Origin: Gaiellaceae bacterium
GTDB taxonomy: Bacteria > Actinomycetota > Thermoleophilia > Gaiellales > Gaiellaceae
Assembly (NCBI GenBank): GCA_036518135.1
Contig: DATDNT010000080.1
Span: forward strand, 9,074-73,073
Reading direction: 5' to 3'
Length of the DNA stretch: 64,000 nt
The notes under the pieces were generated by a model that was given only the letters and a program-made list of their open reading frames with translations, had not been told where the DNA came from and made no database searches. Below are positions 20,026-31,598 of the stretch, piece by piece (the stretch's first letter is position 1; every line of letters begins with the position of its first letter). Position numbers and translations under genes: made by a program.

Positions 20026-20160
20026 GTGCACACCGTGCTCGGACTCATCGGGATCGCCGCGTTCATCGTCGTGATCGTCTCCCTCGCGGCAGGCGTCACA
20101 TGGCTCGTCGTGCGCCTGAGCCCGTCGCCCGACAAGAAGAAGAAGGCCGCGGCCGCCTAG
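20026..20160 (+). CDS. 44-aa single-TM peptide with KKKK tail
   Basis: VHTVLGLIGIAAFIVVIVSLAAGVTWLVVRLSPSPDKKKKAAAA. 40 of 44 codons end in G/C. It fills the ald-deoB gap on the opposite strand and shares a CTAG stop with ald. Confidence 0.45.
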   Translation: MHTVLGLIGIAAFIVVIVSLAAGVTWLVVRLSPSPDKKKKAAAA

Positions 20161-21278
20161 ACGGCCGTCGCCGGCAGCGCGTCGGCGAGCGGCGTGTAGT
20201 CCAGGTCGTGCGCCTCGGCGACCGCCCGGTAGGTGATCTTCCCGTCCAGGACGTTGACGCCCTTCGCGAGGGCCGGATCGGCGTCGACGGCGGCGCGCAG
20301 CCCGTGGTCGGCGATCGCCTCGACGTACGGCAGCGTCGCGTTCGTGAGCGCCTTCGTCGACGTGATCGGCACCGCGCCGGGCATGTTGGCGACGCAGTAG
20401 TGCGTGACGCCGTCGACGACGTACACGGGATCGGCGTGCGTCGTCGCGTGTGAGGTCTCGAAGCAGCCGCCCTGGTCGATCGCCACGTCGACGACGACCG
20501 CGCCCTCCTTCATGCCGGTGATCATCTCGCGCGTCACGAGCTTCGGCGCGAGCGCGCCCGGGATCAGGACCGCGCCGATCACGAGGTCCGCCTCGGCGAC
20601 CGACGCCGCGAGCTGCAGGCTCGAGCTCATCAGCAGCGTCACGCGGCCCGACAGGATCTCCTCGAGGTGGCGCATGCGGTCGATCGACCGCTCGAGAATC
20701 GTCACCTGGGCGCCGAGCCCGAGCGCCATGATCGCCGCGTTGTAGCCGACGACGCCGCCCCCGACGATCACGACCTTGCCGGGCGCGACGCCCGGTACGC
20801 CGCCGAGCAGCAGCCCGCGTCCGCCCACCGGCTTCTCGAGGAAGTACGCGCCCGCCTGCGACGCGAGGCGGCCGGCGACCTCCGACATCGGCGCGAGGAG
20901 CGGCAGCGTCCGCGCGACCTCGACCGTCTCGTACGCGACCGCGGCGATCCCCGAGTCGACGAGCGCGCGCGTCAGCGGCTCGTCCGCGGCGATGTGCAGG
21001 TACGTGAAGAGGACGAGCCCCTCGCGCAGCCGCGGGTACTCCGACGCGATCGGCTCCTTGACCTTGAGAACCATCTCCGACGACTCCCACACGTCGTCGA
21101 CCGACACGATCTTCGCGCCGACGCGCTCGTAGTCGGAGTCGGCGAACGCGCTGCCGACACCCGCGCCGCGCTCGATCGAGACGTCGTGGCCGCGGTTGAT
21201 CAGCTCGAGCGCGCCGGCCGGCGTCAGCGCGACGCGGTACTCGTCCGGCTTGATCTCCTTCGCGACACCGATCTTCAT
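20157..21278 (-). CDS. ald: alanine dehydrogenase
   Basis: 373 aa starting MKIGVAKEIKPDEYRVALTP, with the NAD motif VVIVGGGVVG. Confidence 0.92.
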   Translation of the reverse strand: MKIGVAKEIKPDEYRVALTPAGALELINRGHDVSIERGAGVGSAFADSDYERVGAKIVSVDDVWESSEMVLKVKEPIASEYPRLREGLVLFTYLHIAADEPLTRALVDSGIAAVAYETVEVARTLPLLAPMSEVAGRLASQAGAYFLEKPVGGRGLLLGGVPGVAPGKVVIVGGGVVGYNAAIMALGLGAQVTILERSIDRMRHLEEILSGRVTLLMSSSLQLAASVAEADLVIGAVLIPGALAPKLVTREMITGMKEGAVVVDVAIDQGGCFETSHATTHADPVYVVDGVTHYCVANMPGAVPITSTKALTNATLPYVEAIADHGLRAAVDADPALAKGVNVLDGKITYRAVAEAHDLDYTPLADALPATAV

Positions 21279-21291
21279 GCCGCGCGAGAGC

Positions 21292-21756
21292 CTACCTGCG
21301 TAGGAGAAGCAGAAGACCGCAGAGCGTCTTCGCATCCTCCACATCCGCGAGGAGCTCCGGCACGTCTGCGAGCGGGACGCGGACGAGCTCGATGTCTTCC
21401 GACCCCTCGGGGTGCGCCTCGCCGGCTTCGAGCCCGGTGGCGATGAACAGGTGCATCTTCTCGTCGCAGAACCCGGGCGTCGTGAAGAACGTCGCCGCCT
21501 CGACCCACTGACCGCCGTGGAGCCCGGTCTCCTCCGCGAGCTCGCGCTTCGCGGTGTCGAGCGGCGACTCGCCGTCCTCGACGCCGCCCGCCGGGAGCTC
21601 GAGCAGCTTCCCGCCGGCCGGCACGCGCTCCTGCCGGACGAGCGTCACGCCGTTGTCGGCGTCGACGGCGACGATCGCCACCGACCCGCCGTGCACCACG
21701 ACGTCCTTCCCGTCGCGGCGCTCGACCGAGAACAGCGGTCCCTCGTACAGCGGCAC
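21292..21756 (-). CDS. NUDIX hydrolase (ADP-ribose pyrophosphatase-like)
   Basis: The Nudix box GGVEDGESPLDTAKRELAEETG is present. Confidence 0.85.
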   Translation of the reverse strand: MPLYEGPLFSVERRDGKDVVVHGGSVAIVAVDADNGVTLVRQERVPAGGKLLELPAGGVEDGESPLDTAKRELAEETGLHGGQWVEAATFFTTPGFCDEKMHLFIATGLEAGEAHPEGSEDIELVRVPLADVPELLADVEDAKTLCGLLLLLRR

Positions 21757-21773
21757 GGCATGATCTTGCCGCC

Positions 21774-22775
21774 GTGGTTCGCGTCGTAATCGTCACACCC
21801 GTCGAGGCGGAGCTCGTCGAGCGCCTATCCGCCGTCGACGACCGTCTCGAGATCGTGTTCGAGCCGGAGCTCCTCCCGCCGCCGCGCTACCCGTCGGACC
21901 ACCGCGGGGACGAGTCCTTCCGCCGCTCGCCCGAGCAGGAGGCGCGCTTCCGCGACCTGATCGCGTCCGCAGAGGTGCTCTACGGCATTCCCGGCGAGCA
22001 GCCCGAGCTGCTGGCGGAGGCGGTGCGGTCGGCGCCGGGACTGCGGTTCGTGCAGGCGACCGCGGCCGGTGCCGGTCAGCAGGTCGCGGCCGCGGCGCTC
22101 ACGGAGGAGGAGCTCGGGCGCGTCGCATTCTCGAGCGCGAGCGGCGTGCACGCGACGCCGCTCGCGGAGTGGAGCATCTTCGGCGCGCTCGCGATCACGA
22201 AGGGCCTCCCCCGCCTGCTCCGCGACGCGCGCGAGCGGCGGTGGGAGCACTACGCGGTCTCGGAGCTCCGCGGGCGGACGATGCTCGTCGTCGGGCTCGG
22301 CGCGATCGGGAAGGAGGTCGCCCGGCTGGCCGAGGCGTTCGGGATGCGCGTCCTCTCCGTCCGCCGCCGGGAGGGCGATCTCGACGAGCTCCTGCCGCAG
22401 GCGGACGTCGTCGTCGTGACGCTTCCCCTCACCGACGAGACGCGCGGGATGATCAGCCGCGAGCGCATCGCGCGCATGCGGCACGGCGCCGCGTTCGTCA
22501 ACGTCGGCCGCGGCGCGGTCGTCGACGAGGACGCACTCGTCGAGGCGCTCCGCGCGGGGCGGCTCGCGGGAGCGGCGCTCGACGTGTTCGCCGAGGAGCC
22601 GCTCCCGGCCGACAGCCCGCTCTGGGAGCTCGAGAACGTGATCGTCAGCCCGCACACCGCCGCGCTCTCTCTGCACGAGAACGAGCGGATCGTCGAGCTC
22701 TTCGCCGACAACCTGCGGCGCTACCTCGCCGGCGAAGAGCTCAGGAGCCGCGTGCGGACGTCGGCGTTCTACTGA
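21774..22775 (+). CDS. D-isomer-specific 2-hydroxyacid dehydrogenase family protein
   Basis: Contains GRTMLVVGLGAIGKEVARL, then FVNVGRGAVVDEDAL, then SPHTAA. Confidence 0.85.
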   Translation: MVRVVIVTPVEAELVERLSAVDDRLEIVFEPELLPPPRYPSDHRGDESFRRSPEQEARFRDLIASAEVLYGIPGEQPELLAEAVRSAPGLRFVQATAAGAGQQVAAAALTEEELGRVAFSSASGVHATPLAEWSIFGALAITKGLPRLLRDARERRWEHYAVSELRGRTMLVVGLGAIGKEVARLAEAFGMRVLSVRRREGDLDELLPQADVVVVTLPLTDETRGMISRERIARMRHGAAFVNVGRGAVVDEDALVEALRAGRLAGAALDVFAEEPLPADSPLWELENVIVSPHTAALSLHENERIVELFADNLRRYLAGEELRSRVRTSAFY

Positions 22776-24081
22776 CGGCGGTTTCGTCCTCCCGTCCCGG
22801 CCCGAGCGAGCCGAGATCCGCCTCGGGCCCGAGCTCGACGTGCTGCTTCTGCCGCCCTCTGACGAGCAGCATCAGCAGCGCCGCGGCGAGCTGCGAGGCC
22901 GCCATGAAGCCGAAGGCGGCGCCGTTCGAGACTCCGGTGAGCCAGCCGACGACGTACGTGCCGACGAACCCGCCGAGCGCGCCGACGCTGTTGACGAGCG
23001 CCATCGCGGCGCCCGCGACGTTCTGCGGCAGGAACTCGGGCACGAACGCGAAGTACGGGCCGTACGGTGCGTACATCGCTGCGCCCGCGACGACGAGCAG
23101 CGCGAACGACCACCAGAAGTGGCCCGTCCCGACGAGGTACGACGCGAAGAACGCGGCGGCGCCGACGAAGAGCGGCGGGGCGACGAACGCGCGGCGCGAC
23201 GACGTCCGGTCGGACACGAACGAGATGCAGATCATCGCGATCACGGCTGCGGCGTACGGAACCGCGGACAGCGCTCCGGTCGCGCCGATCCCGTCGTGCG
23301 ACGCGGCCTTGATGATCGTCGGCAGCCAGAACACGAAGCCGTAGACGCCGATCGACCAGAGCCCGTACTGCAGCGCCAGCAGGACGACGTTGCGGGAGCG
23401 AAGCGCCGCGACGTACCCGTCGACGCGGGGCAGCCGCCGCTGCTCCTCGGCGAGGTCGTCCTCGAGCCCCTGGCGCTCCTCGTCGCCGAGCCACGACGCG
23501 TCGGCCGGCAGGTCGACGACGAGCGCGCGGAAGACGAAGGCCCAGACGATCGCGGGCACGCCCTCGAGCACGAACATCCACCGCCAGCTCGTCCAGCTGA
23601 TCAGGTACCCCGAGATGAGGGACATCCACAGCACCGTCACGGGGTTGCCGAGGATGAGGAACGTGTTCGCGCGGCCGCGCTCGTCGCTCCTGAACCAGTG
23701 CGTCAGGAACACGAGCATCGCCGGGATGATCGCGGCCTCCACGACGCCGAGCAGGAAGCGGTCGACCATCAGGAGCCAGAGCCACGGGATGACGCCCTGC
23801 AGGCTCGCGAACACGCCCCACGCGAGCACGCACCAGAAGACGAGCCGTCGCGCGCTCCGCTTCTCGGCGTAGTGCGCGGCGGGGATCTGGAAGAGGAAGT
23901 AGCCGGCGAAGAACAGGCCGCCGAGGAGCCCGGCCATCGCCGAGGAGATGCGGAGGTCGTGCGTGAGGCCGCCTGCCGCACCGAGCGAGTAGTTCGAGCG
24001 GTCGAGATAGGCGAGGCTGTACGTGATGAAGACGACGGGCGCGAGCCTCAGCCAGCGCCGCTGATGGGTCGTTGCGCTCAT
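22741..24081 (-). CDS. MFS transporter (anion:cation symporter-like)
   Basis: 446 aa with 12 predicted TM spans. It starts FITYSLAYLDRSNYSL and contains FRSDERGRAN between TM spans. Its 3' end overlaps the convergent dehydrogenase by 35 nt. Confidence 0.8.
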   Translation of the reverse strand: MSATTHQRRWLRLAPVVFITYSLAYLDRSNYSLGAAGGLTHDLRISSAMAGLLGGLFFAGYFLFQIPAAHYAEKRSARRLVFWCVLAWGVFASLQGVIPWLWLLMVDRFLLGVVEAAIIPAMLVFLTHWFRSDERGRANTFLILGNPVTVLWMSLISGYLISWTSWRWMFVLEGVPAIVWAFVFRALVVDLPADASWLGDEERQGLEDDLAEEQRRLPRVDGYVAALRSRNVVLLALQYGLWSIGVYGFVFWLPTIIKAASHDGIGATGALSAVPYAAAVIAMICISFVSDRTSSRRAFVAPPLFVGAAAFFASYLVGTGHFWWSFALLVVAGAAMYAPYGPYFAFVPEFLPQNVAGAAMALVNSVGALGGFVGTYVVGWLTGVSNGAAFGFMAASQLAAALLMLLVRGRQKQHVELGPEADLGSLGPGREDETAVSRTPTSARGS

Positions 24082-24107
24082 GCTCGAAAAACGTATCGTA
24101 GTGCGAT

Positions 24108-24866
24108 CTAGATACGGGCCAGACGCTCGACGTACGCGCGCCCGTCGTCGTCGAGCGGCTCGACGAGCGCGTTCGACGCAGCGCGCTCCGCCTTCGACGT
24201 CGCCGGGATGACGGAGTCGATCCTCCGGTCGCCGAGCGCCCAGCCGAGGAGCGCCTGCGCCCACGTCTCGACGCCCAGCCGCTCGCGGTCCGCATCGGTC
24301 AGCTCGACGCGGCGTCGACGGTCCTCCCCGGAGCCGCCGAGCGGCCGCATCGCGATCACGGCGACGCCGAGATCGGCCGCGAGCGGCAGCAGCTCGCGCT
24401 CGCATTCGCGCTCCCACGGGTTGTACGGGACCTGCAGCACGGCGAACCGCTTCGTGCGCAGCGCCGTCGCGAGCTCGCCGAACGCCGTCGGCTGATAGTG
24501 CGTGACGCCCAGCTTCCCGATGCGCTCCTCGCGCTCGAGCCAGGCGAGGTGTTCGCGCCACGCGACGAGGTTGTGGATCTGCTCGATGTCGACGCGGCCG
24601 TAGAGCTTCACCTGCATCTCGTACTGCCGCTTGCCCTTCGAGATCGACGGCGACCAGATCTTCGTCGCCACGGTCGCATCGTCGCGGAGACCGTCGAGCG
24701 CGCGGCTCAACGAATACTCCGCGGAGCCGTACATCGGCGAGGTGTCGTAGAGCCTCACGCCCGCGTCCCAGGCAGCACGAACGACGGCGCGCGCGAGGCT
24801 TTCGTCGCCGCCGAACGTGCTCCACGTGCCGAGCCCGACGACGGGCCCGAGCCGCCGCTCCTCCAT
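24108..24866 (-). CDS. aldo/keto reductase
   Basis: 252 aa starting LGTWSTFG, with YDTSPMYGSAE, GVTHY and VLQVPYN. Confidence 0.85.
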   Translation of the reverse strand: MEERRLGPVVGLGTWSTFGGDESLARAVVRAAWDAGVRLYDTSPMYGSAEYSLSRALDGLRDDATVATKIWSPSISKGKRQYEMQVKLYGRVDIEQIHNLVAWREHLAWLEREERIGKLGVTHYQPTAFGELATALRTKRFAVLQVPYNPWERECERELLPLAADLGVAVIAMRPLGGSGEDRRRRVELTDADRERLGVETWAQALLGWALGDRRIDSVIPATSKAERAASNALVEPLDDDGRAYVERLARI

Positions 24867-25975
24867 CACGCGCGCGCCGCGTCGACGAGCGCGAGCGTCA
24901 CGTCCACCATCGCCTCGAGGTCGGCGACGGAGATGTGCTCGTTCGGCGTGTGGATGTCGGCCATCCCGTTCGCCAGGTTGACGACCTCGAGGCCGCGCTC
25001 GTTGAAGACGTTCGCGTCCGCCGCGCCGCCCGACAGCTCGTAGCGCACCTCGTGCCCGCACGCCGCGAGCGCTTCCGCCGCGAGCGCGACGGCGCGGTCG
25101 GTCTTCGCGAACCGGTACCCGCGGTAGCTCTTGCGCGCGCGGGTCTCGACGTCGCACTCCGCGACGCCGGCCGCGAAGGTGATCGCGTCCTGCATCTCCT
25201 GGACGAGATCGGCGAGCCGCCGCTCGTCGTGCGACCGCGCCTCGGCGACGAACGAGCACCACTCCGGGACGATGTTCCCCGCAGTGCCGCCGCTGATCGT
25301 GCCGACGTTCGCAGTCGAGAACTCGTCGACGCGTCCGAGCCGCATCTCCGAGATCGCGCGCGCCGCCGCGAGGATCGCCGACCGTCCGTCCTCCGGATGC
25401 ATCCCCGAATGCGCGGCGCGGCCGTGAAACGTCACCTCGAGCGCGTGCGAGAACGGCGCGCCGAGGATGACGGTGCCGATCGGCGCCGCCTGGTCGTAGA
25501 CGTATCCGAGCCGCGCACGGAGCCGCGTGTGGTCGAAGGCGTAGGCGCCGACGAGCCCTACCTCCTCCTTCGAGGTGAAGAGGAGCTCGATCCCGGCGTG
25601 CGGCCGTCCCTCGGCGAGCACGCGCCGTACGCCCTCGAGCATCGCGGCGACGGCCGCCTTGTTGTCGGCACCCAGGATCGTGCCGGCGCCGTTCCGGACG
25701 ACGCCGTCCTCGACGACCGGCTCGATGGCGGCGGTCGGGGGGACGGTGTCGAGGTGCGCGCAGAGGAGGAGCGGGTCGCCCTCGGTCGTCGGCTCGAGGC
25801 GCGAGTAGAGGTTGCCGATCGTCGAGCCGACGCCGGGGCCGGTGGCGTCCTCGTCCAGGCCGACACCGAGGTCGTGCACGTACCGGCCGACGATGTCGGC
25901 GACGCCGCGCTCCTCGCCGGGCGGGCTCGGGACGGCCGCGAGCTCGGTGAACAGATCGAGGACCTCCGGCGGCAC
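24866..25975 (-). CDS. M20-family metallopeptidase (peptidase T-like)
   Basis: Contains LLLCAHLDTVP, TSKEEVGLVG and HTPNEHI. GTG start. The stop shares 1 nt with the AKR start. Confidence 0.85.
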   Translation of the reverse strand: MPPEVLDLFTELAAVPSPPGEERGVADIVGRYVHDLGVGLDEDATGPGVGSTIGNLYSRLEPTTEGDPLLLCAHLDTVPPTAAIEPVVEDGVVRNGAGTILGADNKAAVAAMLEGVRRVLAEGRPHAGIELLFTSKEEVGLVGAYAFDHTRLRARLGYVYDQAAPIGTVILGAPFSHALEVTFHGRAAHSGMHPEDGRSAILAAARAISEMRLGRVDEFSTANVGTISGGTAGNIVPEWCSFVAEARSHDERRLADLVQEMQDAITFAAGVAECDVETRARKSYRGYRFAKTDRAVALAAEALAACGHEVRYELSGGAADANVFNERGLEVVNLANGMADIHTPNEHISVADLEAMVDVTLALVDAARA

Positions 25976-26035
25976 CGGACGTGGATCCTACGCGGGGTTG
26001 GCACCGGCGCCGAAACTGCGGCATTCTCCTCTGAC

Positions 26036-28032
<1,997 letters not shown>

Positions 28033-28062
28033 TCACTCACGGGATTTCACGTTAGCAGTCGT

Positions 28063-28455
28063 TCAGGATGCCGCCGCGGTCTGGACGAGGTCGTAGAGGC
28101 GTTTCGCCGCTCGTTGCGGGGATCCGCGGCTCACGGACACCGTCACGAGCGTCCGGTCCTCGGCAGTCGTGCGCACGCGGACCTCGACGTCGGTCGCCGG
28201 GTCGAGCAGGTGCCAGGACCACCGCTCGTACAGGTCGATCTCGCGGATCAGCACCAGCGTCTCGACGCTCCGCGCGCCCGTGAACCAGTTGCGCTTCGTC
28301 GCATGCACCTTCCAGCGTGCGCCCGGCGCGAACCCGCGCCGGTCCGGGTCGACGCCCGTGATCCCGGGGAACCAGTCGGAGAGGTGGAACGGCTCCTCGA
28401 GGAAGCGCCACACGTCGGCGCGCGGCGCGAGCAGCTCGACGCTCGCCTCTCTCAC
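28063..28455 (-). CDS. SRPBCC/START-like fold protein
   Basis: 130 aa starting VELLAPRADVWRFLEEPFHLSDWFPG. GTGA overlap with the recN stop. Confidence 0.6.
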   Translation of the reverse strand: MREASVELLAPRADVWRFLEEPFHLSDWFPGITGVDPDRRGFAPGARWKVHATKRNWFTGARSVETLVLIREIDLYERWSWHLLDPATDVEVRVRTTAEDRTLVTVSVSRGSPQRAAKRLYDLVQTAAAS

Positions 28456-30056
28456 CGCTCGAGCGACGCGAGGAACTCGGCGCCGCCGAGCATCCGCTCG
28501 ACCTCGTCCCGCCGCTCGGCGTCGTCGAGCCGCTCGATGCGCGTGTGCGTCGGGTCGCCCGGCACCTTCTCGACGCGGTAGTGGCGGTCGGCCGCCGTCG
28601 CGATCTGCGGCAGGTGCGTGATCGTCACGACCTGCGCGCGCCCGGCCAGACGGCGAAGCGTGTCGGCGACGGCGTGCGCGGTCGTCCCGCCGATGCCGGC
28701 GTCGATCTCGTCGAACACCATCGTCTCGCCCCCGGCGACCGCCGCGATCGCGAGCGCGACGCGCGAGAGCTCGCCGCCGGACGCCGTCTCGGCGACCGGC
28801 CCGAACGGCAGGCCCGCGTTCGGCCGGATCAGGAACGCGACGTCGTCGGCGCCGCGCGAGCCGGGCTCGCGCTCGGTGAGCACGACCTGGAACTCGCCGT
28901 CGCCGAGGCCGATCCCGCGCAGCTCCGCGGCGACGGCGGCGGCAAACGGCTCTGCGGCGGCGCGACGGAGCCCCCGGAGCTCGCCGTGGATGCGGTCGAC
29001 CTCTGCCTGCGCCGACCCGACGGCGGCCTGCGCCGCGGCGACCGGGTCGTGGCCGTCGTCGAGCGCCGCGAGCTCCTGCCGCGCCTCCTCCCCGCGCTCG
29101 ATGAGCTCGGCGTACGTCTGCGCGCGGTGGCGGCGGCGCAGGTCGGCGAGCGTGTCGAGCTCCGCCTCGACCTGCTCGAGCCGCCCCGGCTCTGCCTCGA
29201 GCGACGCCAGGAACGCCTTCAGGTCGGACGCCGTCTCGCGCAGCTGGAGCTCGGCCTGGCGCAGCGCGTCGCCGGCAGCCTCGAGCTCCGGCGCCAGCCG
29301 CTCGAGCGGCGCGACCGCACGCTCGGCCGCGGCGACGAGGTCGCTCGCGCCGTCGCCGTCGTCGGGCGAGAGCGCTGCGGCCGCGGACGCAGCCGCCTGC
29401 GCGAGCTCGGTCACGTGACGCAGCCGGTCGCGCTCCGCGCGCAGCTCGTCCTCCCGCGCAGGCTCGAGGCCGTCGGTGTCGGCGGCGAGCACGCGCAGCT
29501 CGTCGAGCCGCGCCTGCGCCGATGCCGCATCCCGCGTCAGCTCCTCGTACGCACGCCGCGCGGCCTGCAGCTCCCGCCAGGCAGCCGCGGCGCCGCGCGT
29601 ATCGACACCCGCGAACCCGTCCAGGACGCTCAGCTGGTACGACGCGCGCGCGAGCCGCCGCTGCTCGAACTGGCCGCTCATCGCGATCAGCGCCTCGGCG
29701 GCCGCAGCGACGTCCTCCCGTGCCGCGCTCCTCCCCCACGCGTAGGCGCGCGTTCGGCCGTCGGCGAAGATCCGCCGGGCGAGCACCACGCCGTCCTCGC
29801 CCGCCGGACGCAGCTCGGCGAGCTCCCCGAGCGCGTCGTCGTCGACACCGTCGAACTCCGCTTCGACGTACGCCTCCTCCGCGGCTGCGCCGACGAGCCC
29901 GGCGTCGCCCTTCCCGCCGAGCAGCAGCCCGATCGCGTTCGTCAGGATCGTCTTCCCCGCGCCCGTTTCGCCCGTGATCGCGTTCAGTCCCGGGCCGAGC
30001 TCGAGCTCCGCCTCGCGGATCAGGACGAGGTTGGAGATGCGGAGCGTGCGGAGCAC
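28452..30056 (-). CDS. recN: DNA repair protein RecN
   Basis: GTG start. It has the Walker A motif ITGETGAGKT, long coiled coils, the signature SGGELSR and FDEIDAGIGG. Confidence 0.92.
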   Translation of the reverse strand: MLRTLRISNLVLIREAELELGPGLNAITGETGAGKTILTNAIGLLLGGKGDAGLVGAAAEEAYVEAEFDGVDDDALGELAELRPAGEDGVVLARRIFADGRTRAYAWGRSAAREDVAAAAEALIAMSGQFEQRRLARASYQLSVLDGFAGVDTRGAAAAWRELQAARRAYEELTRDAASAQARLDELRVLAADTDGLEPAREDELRAERDRLRHVTELAQAAASAAAALSPDDGDGASDLVAAAERAVAPLERLAPELEAAGDALRQAELQLRETASDLKAFLASLEAEPGRLEQVEAELDTLADLRRRHRAQTYAELIERGEEARQELAALDDGHDPVAAAQAAVGSAQAEVDRIHGELRGLRRAAAEPFAAAVAAELRGIGLGDGEFQVVLTEREPGSRGADDVAFLIRPNAGLPFGPVAETASGGELSRVALAIAAVAGGETMVFDEIDAGIGGTTAHAVADTLRRLAGRAQVVTITHLPQIATAADRHYRVEKVPGDPTHTRIERLDDAERRDEVERMLGGAEFLASLER

Positions 30057-30068
30057 TCCGTCATCGTA

Positions 30069-30113
30069 GGGAGGGCGTCCGTCGGCGGCATCGGCCGGAG
30101 CGGACGCCCTCCC
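30069..30113 (-). terminator. 13-bp perfect inverted repeat (hairpin) after the BNR gene
   Basis: GGGAGGGCGTCCG (30069-30081) pairs with CGGACGCCCTCCC (30101-30113) across a 19-nt loop. There is no U-tract. It lies in the 64-nt gap between the BNR gene stop and the recN start. Confidence 0.4.
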
Positions 30114-30120
30114 GCCGCGC

Positions 30121-31530
30121 CTAGTTGAACTTCACGAGCTGGATGTCCGTCGGGTTCGCCGGATCCGTCGTCGTCACCTCGAACGCGCCGACGAAGGTGT
30201 TCCCGCTGTGCGCGAGGCCCTCGTAGTCGCCGACCATCAGGCCGCCTGCGTCCGGCGCCGCGCTGACGGGGAAGGACGACGTCGTGAGCCGCGTCGCGCT
30301 GCTCCACGTCGAGCCGCCGTTCAACGACGTCGCGCTCCAGTAGTCGGCCAGGTCGCCGCCGGCGGGGCTGAGCCGGAAGTCGTAGTACGTGATCGCCACG
30401 GTGTGGTTCGGCGCCACGTCGACGGACGGGGCCCATGCCTGGCGGTACGCGGCAGTCGGGGCCGTCGACGTGCTGACCCGGACCGGCATCGACCACGTCA
30501 GCCCGCCGTCCGCCGACCGCGAGAACGCGACCTGGTCGACGCCTTCGAACATCGAGTCCTGCCACGTCGCGTACACGGCGCCCGTCGAGGGGTCCGCTGC
30601 GACGTCGAACAGGCCGTCGCCGCCGCGGATGTACTCGCCCGTCTTCGGGTCGAAGGCGCCGTTCGGCGTCATCGGTGAGACGACCGTCGGCCCGGACCAC
30701 GTCGCGCCGCCGTCGGAAGAGCGAATCGCATCGAGCGAGAGCGCGTACCCACCGGCCTTCAGGGCGACGTAGTTCGCGAAGAAGTCGACGAGCGTCCCGT
30801 TCGGCAGCACGAGGATCTGGTTGCCGATCGTTCCCGCGTCCTTGCCGTAGATCACCGTCGCGTCGGACCATGTGCGCCCCCCGTCCGTGGACTTGGAGAA
30901 GAACGCGGGACCCTTGTGATCGGAGTAGCGGTCCCACACCACGTAGACGACGCCGGGATGGAACGGGTCGGCAGTGATCGCCTCCTTGTCCTCGCCGTGC
31001 GTGAAGCTCGTGTGCTTGGTGCGGTACACGACCGAAGGTGAACTCCAGGTCGCGCCGTCGTCCGTCGAACGGCTGACGGTGATCGCGTCGTCGCCCGTGA
31101 ACCAGTCGAAGACGAGCGCCACCTGGTAGAGGACGCCGTCGGGGCCGTACGACAGCCAGACGTCGCTCGCGCGGTCGTAGTTGCCGTTGTTCGAGGCGGT
31201 GCCGCCCGAGCACGTCGTGAACGGCGCGAACGACGTCGCGTTCGTGAAGCTCGACCACGCGACGAGCCCGTGTGCCCCGCCCTCGTTCGGGTCGCCCCAG
31301 CGATCCTGCTGCCACGCGGCCGCCACGGCGCCGTGCGGGCTCACCGCCACCCACGGCTCGACCTCGGCGTTCAGCACGTTGCCGGCCACCGGGTTCGGGC
31401 ACGCGCTGAACGGGCTCGGCCCGGAGATCGCCCTCGCGGGCGAGACGACGCCTGCGCCCGCCGCCTGCGCGGCGAGAGCGGCGACTGCGAGCGCGGCCAC
31501 CACGACCGCGCGAATCCGTGCACTGCTCAT
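30121..31530 (-). CDS. secreted BNR/Asp-box repeat protein (sialidase-like beta-propeller)
   Basis: Signal peptide is MSSARIRAVVVAALAVAALAAQAAGA. Five Asp-boxes are present (SRSTDDGATW, SKSTDGGRTW, RSSDGGATW, SRSADGGLTW, SLNGGSTW). AAGGAGGG RBS is present. Confidence 0.8.
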   Translation of the reverse strand: MSSARIRAVVVAALAVAALAAQAAGAGVVSPARAISGPSPFSACPNPVAGNVLNAEVEPWVAVSPHGAVAAAWQQDRWGDPNEGGAHGLVAWSSFTNATSFAPFTTCSGGTASNNGNYDRASDVWLSYGPDGVLYQVALVFDWFTGDDAITVSRSTDDGATWSSPSVVYRTKHTSFTHGEDKEAITADPFHPGVVYVVWDRYSDHKGPAFFSKSTDGGRTWSDATVIYGKDAGTIGNQILVLPNGTLVDFFANYVALKAGGYALSLDAIRSSDGGATWSGPTVVSPMTPNGAFDPKTGEYIRGGDGLFDVAADPSTGAVYATWQDSMFEGVDQVAFSRSADGGLTWSMPVRVSTSTAPTAAYRQAWAPSVDVAPNHTVAITYYDFRLSPAGGDLADYWSATSLNGGSTWSSATRLTTSSFPVSAAPDAGGLMVGDYEGLAHSGNTFVGAFEVTTTDPANPTDIQLVKFN

Positions 31531-31598
31531 TCCGACCCTCCTTTTGCTGCCTCTTCCCCGCGGCGACTATCTCGCGCCGGCGCCCCGGCGTCCAGCGC

